Below, one piece after another: positions 9,545-16,753 of a stretch of 64,000 nucleotides of DNA (within the stretch, counting starts at the first letter, position 1; the number at the start of each line of letters is the position of its first letter). The translations under genes and the position numbers were made by a program. The notes under the pieces were generated by a model that was not told the origin of the DNA, searched no databases, and saw nothing but the letters and a program-made list of their open reading frames with translations. The stretch covers positions 2,668 through 66,667 of the forward strand of contig CANCJF010000001.1 of NCBI GenBank assembly GCA_947378245.1, written 5' to 3'. Source of the DNA: Bacteroidota bacterium (GTDB lineage Bacteria; Bacteroidota; Bacteroidia; Flavobacteriales_D; Crocinitomicaceae).

Positions 9545-9586
9545 TAATTTAATGAAGATCAATAAGCGAAGCAGTGAAACATACAT

Positions 9587-9748
9587 GTGCTTAGGAAATG
9601 TAAAGCTGGGACCCAAATCAATAAGTAAGCGTAAAAATTTCAATTGTTTGACTAGTTTACGAGGACCACGAAGTAGCACCGTAGGTAGTTTGGAAATTTT
9701 AGCGTCGTTTGATATTGGGTAGCTGCATTTCCAGCACTAGATTTTTTT
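9587..9748 (+). ncRNA. Candidate structured RNA or unusually long terminator: ~150-nt imperfect hairpin followed by a T-run
   Basis: 5' arm GTGCT.GGAAATG..AGCT...ACCCAA.TCAA pairs with 3' arm TTGA..TTGGGTAGCTGCATTTCC.AGCAC. Inner stem GCGTAAAAATTTC / GGAAATTTTAGCG. Then TAGATTTTTTTGTTTCTTTTTTT. Starts 43 nt after the radA stop. Confidence 0.3.
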
Positions 9749-9810
9749 GTTTCTTTTTTTATCAATGAAAAAAAGAAAAATACAGTCATATTTTGTAGTA
9801 TAGAATTTCA
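9741..9810 (+). repeat. Left copy (R1) of a ~70-bp direct repeat bounding the non-coding island
   Basis: TTTTTATCAATGAAAAAAAGAAAAATACAGTCATATTTTGTAGTATAGAAT aligns by eye, with a few substitutions and small indels, to 10663-10730. Confidence 0.6.
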
Positions 9811-9888
9811 TATTTATAATCTTAATTTATCGTATTAACATCATTAAGTAAAGGATCTATATTGAAAATAATCTAATAATTGCCTCCT

Positions 9889-9961
9889 CTTTGTGACAAA
9901 AAACCATCAAAATTGGGTTCGCTTTGTGTTTAAAAATCACTAAAATTGGGTTCGCTTTGTG
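9889..9961 (+). repeat. 33-bp-period tandem repeat (about 2.2 units)
   Basis: CTTTGTG recurs at 9889, 9922 and 9955. AAAATTGGGTTCGCTTTGTG is exact at 9909-9928 and 9942-9961. Confidence 0.8.
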
Positions 9962-10024
9962 CTGAAAACAGTATATATTTTTGATTTTAGTTAATGAAAA
10001 ATGAACAACTAGGTTCATTTCCCT

Positions 10025-10076
10025 AATCTCAAATACTCCCAAAAATTATCTTTATATATCCCAATTGTCTTTGCAG
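10025..10076 (+). repeat. Copy 1 of a ~52-bp direct repeat (125-bp period)
   Basis: AATCTCAAATACTCCCAAAAATTATCTTTATATATCCCAATTGTCTTTGCAG versus 10150-10201. Confidence 0.75.
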
Positions 10077-10149
10077 AATAAACTTCAAATCTGGAGCAAT
10101 GACACCTTTGGTTGTTTGGCGAAGGATGAGGTAGAGAAAGAGTTATAAT

Positions 10150-10201
10150 TAATCACAAATACTCCCAAAAATTTTCTTTATGTATACCAATCGTCTTTGA
10201 A
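10150..10201 (+). repeat. Copy 2 of the ~52-bp direct repeat
   Basis: AATCACAAATACTCCCAAAAATTTTCTTTATGTATACCAATCGTCTTTGAAG; most positions identical to 10025-10076. Confidence 0.75.
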
Positions 10202-10385
10202 GGATGAATAATTTACTGAATTAAAAACTATTTGTAAATAAGCGTATTGAGGTGTTTCGGGTAATTTGCTAATCGCATAATATTATAATTTATTGTGGTT
10301 TTTCTATAAAAATTTTTCTCTCTCAAAAATCACCAAAAATGATTGACAACGTGTTTTGATGTGAAAATATGCAACACAAACAAGT

Positions 10386-10419
10386 TTGTCAATCAAAAAT
10401 GGTTAAAAATGATTGACAA
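10386..10419. promoter_or_regulatory. Operator-like perfect inverted repeat TTGTCAATCA-N14-TGATTGACAA (a third direct copy at 10340-10349)
   Basis: 10-bp arms are exact reverse complements. AAAAATGATTGACAA is repeated exactly at 10335-10349 and 10405-10419. Confidence 0.35.
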
Positions 10420-10475
10420 AATAAACGTATCTCACAAAACAGTATTGTTTTTTACGATTACAAGTTGATTTATAT

Positions 10476-10628
10476 GGGAGTTCTAAAAATTAGATTTTTT
10501 GAGGCAAACAAAAAATTAAATCCGCAGTTTACTTAAGTAAAAGAGAAAGCACTGCTTTCGAAGACCAAACGATAGTGCAGGGAAATATATAACAGTTGAA
10601 CGAAGAAAAAGCAATTTTTAGAACTCCC
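10476..10628 (+). repeat. Copy B (full-length) of the interspersed structured repeat family
   Basis: Perfect 16-nt terminal inverted repeat GGGAGTTCTAAAAATT / AATTTTTAGAACTCCC flanked by TATA-like sequence. Conserved core plus a ~40-nt module GAGAAAGCACTGCTTTCGAAGACCAAACGATAGTGCAGGGAA. Confidence 0.85.
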
Positions 10629-10662
10629 TATAACACATTTCGCAGTAAAAAGTTACCATGCG

Positions 10663-10730
10663 TATTTTTTGTATGCTTTTTATCAATACGAAAAGAAAAA
10701 TAAAGTCGTATTTTCGTAGTAAAGAATATC
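10663..10730 (+). repeat. Right copy (R2) of the ~70-bp direct repeat, immediately upstream of the lipoprotein gene
   Basis: TTTTTATCAATACGAAAAGAAAAATAAAGTCGTATTTTCGTAGTAAAGAAT aligns to 9741-9810. Confidence 0.6.
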
Positions 10731-10744
10731 AAGAAATTTTAACC

Positions 10745-11284
10745 ATGAAATTTTTCATCTTAATAGCTTTATTTTTCGGATTAGCATCGTGTCATGACGT
10801 GGCTAAAAAACAACAATTGGAAGAACTTTCCATTCTGGACAAGCGAGTTGATCACATACAACGTGAATATGAAGCGCTAAAAAAAGACGATGTTTCGGAA
10901 ATTATCTACACGATGAAGGAACTGAAATACCAAGTGAAATTTGACATCGAAGATGATACACTTTCGATTGATATGGCTAAAAAATTAGACACATACAATC
11001 GTATATACAAAAAACTAAACTTAGTGGAAACCTACGGAGAAAAAATTCTGTTTGGATCTCAAAAAGTTAAAAACTCGATTGGTAATTTAACCAATGACAT
11101 TAAAAATGGAGATGGAGATAGAGGAAATTATGATAAATTTCTAGCATTTGAAACGGATAAAGTAGATAATCTTCAACAAATTATGGAAGATATGATCAAG
11201 CTTCAAAAGGAAAATATTCGTGCTTACTTAAACGTTAAAGGGGCGGTGGAACATTTCGCTGCTGAATTGGCTTCAAATAACTAG
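10745..11284 (+). CDS. Lipoprotein, predicted helical/coiled-coil, function unknown
   Basis: ATG at 10745 gives MKFFILIALFFGLASC (lipobox Cys). The track's upstream extension starts inside repeat R2. No recognisable family. Confidence 0.6.
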   Translation: MKFFILIALFFGLASCHDVAKKQQLEELSILDKRVDHIQREYEALKKDDVSEIIYTMKELKYQVKFDIEDDTLSIDMAKKLDTYNRIYKKLNLVETYGEKILFGSQKVKNSIGNLTNDIKNGDGDRGNYDKFLAFETDKVDNLQQIMEDMIKLQKENIRAYLNVKGAVEHFAAELASNN

Positions 11285-11286
11285 TT

Positions 11287-13119
11287 ATGCGTGCGAGAAT
11301 ACTATTTGTTTTTTTACTCATAACCAGTTCTAGTTTTGCGCAGGTTAGTACAGATCAACAGTTAGCACAATATTATTATTCAGCAGGAGATTTCGAAAAA
11401 GCCTTACCTTACTGCCAACAAGTCTTTCAAAAAGAGAATACGAAGTTTACATTTTTGCGTTACTACACATGTTTATTAAAAACAAAAAAAGACCGTGAAG
11501 CTGAGAAAACTTTAAAAAAACAATTAGATATCGACCCATATACAGTTGACTATCCTATTCTATTGGCTGAATTTTACGAAACACACGATGAACAAAAGGC
11601 TGCAAACAAAATCTATCAACGTTTGATGGAAGATAATGCTTCTTCAAGTGTGAAAATTTTAGAAGTGTACAAGGCGTTTAAGGAAAAAGGAAAAACAGAC
11701 CTTTCCTTGCAGATGTTGGAAAAAGGGCGCAAATTTCTTGGGAATACCTATCCTTTACACCTGCAATTTGCGGATGTTTATTTGCAGATGGGTCAACCTC
11801 AAAAGATGATCAATGAGTATTTAGAACTCTTAGAAAAAAACAAGGATTTTCAAGAACAAGTACAAACAGCATTAGCTCAACGCATTGATTTTACACAAAC
11901 ATCGAACCCAACTGCAGATATACTCAAGGAAGAATTAATAGATCGTTCGCAGTCGCGTTCGAGTGATTTGATTTATGCAGAGATGTTGCTATGGTTTTTC
12001 ACACAGCGAAAACAATTTTCGTTAGCATTAACACAAGCCCAAGCCATTGATAAACGCGAAAATAATAACGGTTATCGTGTATTTGAATTGGCGAATGTAT
12101 TCACTCAAAATAAGGATTACACCCTAGCGCGAAAAGGTTATAATTACGTATTGACACATGGAAAAGAAAAAGGATTCTATTTTATGTGTGAGAATGCAAT
12201 ACTACACACCTATTTTTTGGAAGTGACAGAACTCAGAAATTTAACCCAAGATACACTTCAAAGTATTATCGATAAATATAAAGAAGCCGTTCAACGTATA
12301 GGAAAATCTAGAAATACCTTGACTATTTTAAAAGAATTAGCACAAATTCAAGGTCTATATGCCAATCAAGTAGATGATGCAATCAAGTTATTGAAAGAAT
12401 CGATGGTAATGCCTGGACTATCTGTTATACAGGTTTCAGAAATCAAAATGTTATTGGCTGATTTTTATGTGCTTAAAAATGAAATTTGGGAAGCATCATT
12501 GTTGTATATGCAAATCGATAATGACTATAAATTTGAGACAATAGGATTTGAAGCAAAATATAAAAATGCACGTATTTTTTACTACGATGGTGATTTTCAA
12601 TTCGCACAATCCCAATTAGACATTCTCAAACAATCTACTTCTAAATTAATTGCCAACGATGCTTTAAAGTTATCATTATTAATAACGGATAATTATGGTT
12701 TAGATAGTAATTATACTGCCATGCATCAATTCGCACAAGCTGATTTATTGCTAGAACAACACCAATATAAGCAAGCATTTGTGTTGTATGACTCGATAGT
12801 AACAGCTTTTCCATATCATGGTTTGGCAGATGAAATATTATTGCGTAAAGCGCAGGCATTTCAACAACAAGGAAACTGGCCAGAAGCCATTAATTATCTA
12901 GAAAAATTACTAAAATCGTATGCAGAAGATATTTTGGCGGACGATGCTTTGTTTCAATTAGGAAATATCTATGAAAATCACCTAGGAGATAAAGAAAAAG
13001 CCATAGAAAATTATAAAAAAATTATTTTTCAATATAAAGGAAGTTTGTATGTGGTGGAAGCGCGTAAACGTTTGCGCTTATTGCGTGGTGACAAACTTGA
13101 CCTTGAAGATCAGATGTAA
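11287..13119 (+). CDS. Tetratricopeptide-repeat protein, exported
   Basis: Signal peptide MRARILFVFLLITSSSFAQ. Multiple TPR-like segments (...AQYYYSAGDFEKALPYCQQVF..., ...ALFQLGNIYENHLGDKEKAIENYKKII...). Starts 2 nt after the upstream stop. Confidence 0.75.
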   Translation: MRARILFVFLLITSSSFAQVSTDQQLAQYYYSAGDFEKALPYCQQVFQKENTKFTFLRYYTCLLKTKKDREAEKTLKKQLDIDPYTVDYPILLAEFYETHDEQKAANKIYQRLMEDNASSSVKILEVYKAFKEKGKTDLSLQMLEKGRKFLGNTYPLHLQFADVYLQMGQPQKMINEYLELLEKNKDFQEQVQTALAQRIDFTQTSNPTADILKEELIDRSQSRSSDLIYAEMLLWFFTQRKQFSLALTQAQAIDKRENNNGYRVFELANVFTQNKDYTLARKGYNYVLTHGKEKGFYFMCENAILHTYFLEVTELRNLTQDTLQSIIDKYKEAVQRIGKSRNTLTILKELAQIQGLYANQVDDAIKLLKESMVMPGLSVIQVSEIKMLLADFYVLKNEIWEASLLYMQIDNDYKFETIGFEAKYKNARIFYYDGDFQFAQSQLDILKQSTSKLIANDALKLSLLITDNYGLDSNYTAMHQFAQADLLLEQHQYKQAFVLYDSIVTAFPYHGLADEILLRKAQAFQQQGNWPEAINYLEKLLKSYAEDILADDALFQLGNIYENHLGDKEKAIENYKKIIFQYKGSLYVVEARKRLRLLRGDKLDLEDQM

Positions 13120-13122
13120 AAA

Positions 13123-13932
13123 ATGAACAAGAAAAAAACACTCTATTTTTCACTGCTAGGTTTATTGTTTTTCGCAATCCTTTTTGCGTGTAATGATGAA
13201 CAAGAACAAAAGAAAATACAATTGAATTCCGAAAGTAGATCTCCTCTAACAAAACTAGCTACTCAAGCAGAATTTTTACCTGGTTTTTGGATGAGTGATG
13301 CTTATTTAAAAAAGATAGAACAAACAAAATCTATCTACACGAATCGCTTCCCAACTTCTGCTTTTTATGGTTTCATAATAGGCAAACCAAATCAAGAAAT
13401 AGATACTTTTTTATTAAAACCATTTCCTGATTATGAGGATGAGGTAGATTCTTTTTTAGAATTTGACCGTCAGAAAAATGTGTTCAAAGGCTTGACAGAA
13501 ATCAATCATAAAAAAGAACGATTTGAACTTTATCCCCTTACAGAAGAACTTATTAAAATGTATTTTTCAGCGTTGAAAAAAACAGATGACTATCGTAAGG
13601 TCGTTGACGAAAACACAGAATTGAGAAGTATACTTTTTGAAGGAACCTATTTCACGAAAGACAAACAAATGAGTTATACTTTTGATCGTACTGGAAAAGT
13701 GAAAGGGTTAGGTGAATATGTTTTTTATGAAGTCGTATATGACTTTTCAGAAGGGGTTAACTTCGATGCAATTTTACTTTATCGTACGACTGGAGGAGGA
13801 GTTAAATCAGATGCTGATTTGTATAAATATGAGTTTAAAAAAGGGGTGTTGACTTTGACCTATATTGAAGCAGATTGGATTTTAGAGAGACATCGCATTT
13901 CCGATACTTCTATAACTATGATTAAAATTTAA
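13123..13932 (+). CDS. Lipoprotein, function unknown
   Basis: MNKKKTLYFSLLGLLFFAILFAC lipobox. Starts 3 nt after the TPR gene stop. No recognisable family. Confidence 0.6.
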   Translation: MNKKKTLYFSLLGLLFFAILFACNDEQEQKKIQLNSESRSPLTKLATQAEFLPGFWMSDAYLKKIEQTKSIYTNRFPTSAFYGFIIGKPNQEIDTFLLKPFPDYEDEVDSFLEFDRQKNVFKGLTEINHKKERFELYPLTEELIKMYFSALKKTDDYRKVVDENTELRSILFEGTYFTKDKQMSYTFDRTGKVKGLGEYVFYEVVYDFSEGVNFDAILLYRTTGGGVKSDADLYKYEFKKGVLTLTYIEADWILERHRISDTSITMIKI

Positions 13933-13945
13933 AAATAAATATACC

Positions 13946-14437
13946 ATGAAAACAAGTGAAATGTTCTTAGCGGAGATGAAAGCAGAAGCTGCTAACACAC
14001 GCAAATTATTGGCTTTAATTCCTTTCGAAAAAGGGGATTACAAACCACATGAAAAATCAATGCCGATGTTGAAATTAGCAACGCACGTGGCTGAAATCAC
14101 AGGTTGGTGGAAAGAGACCTTGTTGACTGATGAATTGGATTTTGCAAAGGGGGGAGGTACACCGAATGTATACAACTCTACAGAGGATATCCTTGCAAAA
14201 CATGATGATTTAGTAGCGAAAGCAGAAGTGATTCTTTCTGAAATCAACGAAGAAGAGTTTGACAAAAACTGGACAATGCGTAACGGTGATTACATCATTT
14301 TGACAGCTCCCAAAAGAGAGGTGGCTCGTACTTGGTGTTTGAATCATCTATATCACCACAGAGCACAATTGTCTGTTTACTTGCGTTTGTTGGATATTCC
14401 AATACCAGGAATGTACGGACCAACAGCGGATATGTAA
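13946..14437 (+). CDS. DinB family protein
   Basis: 163 aa four-helix-bundle-type sequence with ...HVAEITGWW... and ...NHLYHHRAQLSVYLRLLDIPIPGMYGPTAD, typical of DinB/DinB_2 proteins. Confidence 0.75.
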   Translation: MKTSEMFLAEMKAEAANTRKLLALIPFEKGDYKPHEKSMPMLKLATHVAEITGWWKETLLTDELDFAKGGGTPNVYNSTEDILAKHDDLVAKAEVILSEINEEEFDKNWTMRNGDYIILTAPKREVARTWCLNHLYHHRAQLSVYLRLLDIPIPGMYGPTADM

Positions 14438-14439
14438 GC

Positions 14440-15054
14440 TCAACGATAAAAATTCATCTCATCGACATACTTTCTAACTTCATCTGTCAATAAATAACGC
14501 ACTTCTTGTTTGTTTTTGATGGCCTGACGAATGTAGGTCGATGAGATTTTCATTATCGGTGCATCGATGCAAAAATGGGCTTTTGGGTATTGTTTAACCA
14601 AGGTTTGATGATGATTTTCAAAACCTATTTCCTCTAATTCTTGCGCAGTCAATACCCTTGGATATACATACATTGGGTAGTTGTCGCGAATGAGTTCGTA
14701 GTTTTTCCATTTGGTAAATCCACGTAAATTGTCTTCTCCTATAATCAGTGAAAATTGATGTGTTGGATGTTTTTCTTTTAAATACGCTAAGGTATCAATC
14801 GTGTAATTTGGTTGAGACATCTTAAATTCGATATCGCTCGCACGTAAATAATCGTTGTTCTCCACCGCAAGTTCAACCAAAGCCAAACGATGGTGATCAG
14901 CTAATAAACTAGATTTTTGTTTTAACGGATTTTGAGGTGTTACGACCAACCAAACTTGATCGAGTTCGGGTAAATTAGCAAAGTAGTTAGCAATTACTAA
15001 ATGACCTACATGAATAGGATTAAATGTTCCAAAAAATAATCCGATACGCATCAT
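14440..15054 (-). CDS. nadD: Nicotinate-nucleotide adenylyltransferase
   Basis: GLFFGTFNPIHVGHL (HxGH-type) motif and C-terminal ISSTYIR motif. ATG overlaps the gmk stop by 1 nt. Confidence 0.9.
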   Translation of the reverse strand: MMRIGLFFGTFNPIHVGHLVIANYFANLPELDQVWLVVTPQNPLKQKSSLLADHHRLALVELAVENNDYLRASDIEFKMSQPNYTIDTLAYLKEKHPTHQFSLIIGEDNLRGFTKWKNYELIRDNYPMYVYPRVLTAQELEEIGFENHHQTLVKQYPKAHFCIDAPIMKISSTYIRQAIKNKQEVRYLLTDEVRKYVDEMNFYR

Positions 15055-15635
15055 TAACCGTTTAAAAAATTAGTAATGATGTCTTCTGCCTTAGCGCACG
15101 CATTCTCAAGATTGTCATTTTCTAAGATGACATCAAATTTATATGCCAATGCTAATTCTTCCTCTGCACGGGCCATACGCATTTGAATTTTTTCTTCGGT
15201 TTCTGTACTTCTAGATCTTAATCTTCTTTCCAATTCTCCAATAGAAGGTGCTTGAACAAAAATCGACAAAGCTTGATCACCTAATTTACTTTTGATGTTA
15301 ATTCCTCCCAATACGTCCACGTCAAAAACAACCACCTTTCCTTCGCTCCAAAGTTTTTCAACTACTTCATGTAACGTACCATAAAAGTTGTCTTTATACA
15401 CTTCTTCCCATTCTAAAAATGCATCTTCCTCAATTTTCTTTTTGAAACCTTCGATTCCTAAAAAATGATAGTCTTTTCCGTTTACTTCCCCAGTTCTAGG
15501 TTCTCTACTACAAGCCGAGATAGAAAAAACCAAGGAAGGAAATTTCCCCAATAAATGTCTAACAATAGTCGTTTTACCAGCTCCCGAAGGCGCTGAAAAC
15601 AAAATGCTTTTTCCAGTAATTTTTGATGTATTCAT
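15054..15635 (-). CDS. gmk: Guanylate kinase
   Basis: P-loop SAPSGAGKTT, ...SCSREPRTGEVNGKDYHF..., 193 aa. Confidence 0.93.
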   Translation of the reverse strand: MNTSKITGKSILFSAPSGAGKTTIVRHLLGKFPSLVFSISACSREPRTGEVNGKDYHFLGIEGFKKKIEEDAFLEWEEVYKDNFYGTLHEVVEKLWSEGKVVVFDVDVLGGINIKSKLGDQALSIFVQAPSIGELERRLRSRSTETEEKIQMRMARAEEELALAYKFDVILENDNLENACAKAEDIITNFLNG

Positions 15636-15664
15636 TCTTTTATCAATATGTCATGTTGTGCTTT

Positions 15665-15730
15665 TTCGTCCGGCTGATGGTATTCGTCAAGCTGAGCGTA
15701 GTCGTGTCCGGATGAGCGTAGTCGAAGCCC
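15665..15730. repeat. Short GC-rich degenerate tandem repeats in the yicC-gmk spacer
   Basis: TGAGCGTAGTCG is exact at 15693-15704 and 15713-15724. TCCGGMTGA occurs twice. The segment is conspicuously GC-rich against the AT-rich background. Confidence 0.6.
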
Positions 15731-16602
15731 TATAACGTGTTCAAGACTTGTTCTTTAATCTTTTCCAGCGCATCTTTCATATCAACCACAATTTTTTGTA
15801 ATTCTACGTGGTAACTTTTACTTCCCAAGGTGTTGATTTCTCTTCCTAATTCTTGCGTAATGAATCCAAGTTTTTTTCCTGCGGCTGGAAGTACCATCGT
15901 TTCTAAAAAGTAATCCAAATGATTTGCCAAACGCATCTTTTCTTCCGAAACATCTAATTTCTCGATGTAGAAAATCAACTCCTGTTGAAAGCGATTTTCA
16001 TCGTATCCAGCTACAGCACCCGCTTCTTCTAAGCCTTTGCGCATACGTTCTTTGATGATGTCAATACGCACAGATTCGTAGATGTCCACTTGTTTTAATA
16101 ACGAACGAATGTCTTCAATACGCTCTGTAAATTCTTTTTCTAAAGCCTGTCCTTCTTGACGACGGAACGTATTGAAATTCATACAAGCCTCTGCAACGAT
16201 AGTATGTAACAAAGTAAATTCTTCTTCACTAATCGTTGTATCTTTTGTTTGGGTATAAATATCAGGCATACGCATCAACAAAGCTAAGTAGTCAGAACTC
16301 GATTCTCCGATGAGTGCATTTGTTTCTTTTAAATCTTGGTAATAGGCCAGTGCCAATTCTTTGTTGATTTCAACAGATTTTGATGCACCAATACTTTCTA
16401 CTTGAATGTTTAATTCTACTTTACCACGATCCAGCGCATTGGTTATATACTGACGAATTTCTAGTTCTTTTTCTCTATATGGACTCGCAATACGTGTATA
16501 TAAATCCATACTTTTACTGTTCAACGATTTGATTTCAACGCTGATTTTTTTATCTTCAAAGGAACCGGTAGCCTTACCATATCCTGTCATTGAATGTAAC
16601 AT
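15730..16602 (-). CDS. yicC: YicC family stress-induced protein
   Basis: MLHSMTGYGKA N-terminus and C-terminal ...ELGREINTLGSKS... motif typical of YicC/DUF1732. Confidence 0.88.
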   Translation of the reverse strand: MLHSMTGYGKATGSFEDKKISVEIKSLNSKSMDLYTRIASPYREKELEIRQYITNALDRGKVELNIQVESIGASKSVEINKELALAYYQDLKETNALIGESSSDYLALLMRMPDIYTQTKDTTISEEEFTLLHTIVAEACMNFNTFRRQEGQALEKEFTERIEDIRSLLKQVDIYESVRIDIIKERMRKGLEEAGAVAGYDENRFQQELIFYIEKLDVSEEKMRLANHLDYFLETMVLPAAGKKLGFITQELGREINTLGSKSYHVELQKIVVDMKDALEKIKEQVLNTL

Positions 16603-16753
16603 AAATTCTATTATTTGAGAGTAAATTTACCATAAAGAATAACTTTTTGATTGCATCTTTACAACTATTTTTATGTGAACTTGTTTTTCAAGCATACGAC
16701 TTCCTACATATTTCGTAATTTAGTAGCATAATCTGAATATTTAAAACACAGAA

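Noticed and set aside
9640-9700. SRP (4.5S) RNA identity for the apex of the long hairpin
   Set aside because: GUUUAC.AGG...GAAG.AGCA.CC..AGG.AG loosely echoes the E. coli 4.5S domain IV sequence. However, I cannot form the conserved 3-bp stem with a GNRA tetraloop and symmetric/asymmetric loops, and the overall hairpin is longer than a small SRP RNA. This needs cmscan, so I made no call.
9889-9961. Possible mini-CRISPR array
   Set aside because: There are only about 2.2 units. The variable segments are 13 nt, far too short for spacers. The 20-nt core is not palindromic in a CRISPR-like way, and there are no cas genes in the window.
9857-10042. 61-aa minus-strand ORF with an internal repeated peptide (KHKANPIL twice)
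   Set aside because: The repeated peptide is simply the translation of the 33-bp tandem repeat. The ORF has no recognisable family, no promoter or start context, and sits in a region where every frame is otherwise full of stops.
10476-10628. Integron attC site or classical transposase-driven MITE as the explanation for the repeat family
   Set aside because: There are no clear R''/R' core sites (RYYYAAC/GTTRRRY) at the stem bases and no integrase or transposase in the window. The terminal sequences are not conserved between copies, as transposase recognition would require. This remains open as a minority hypothesis in the finding.
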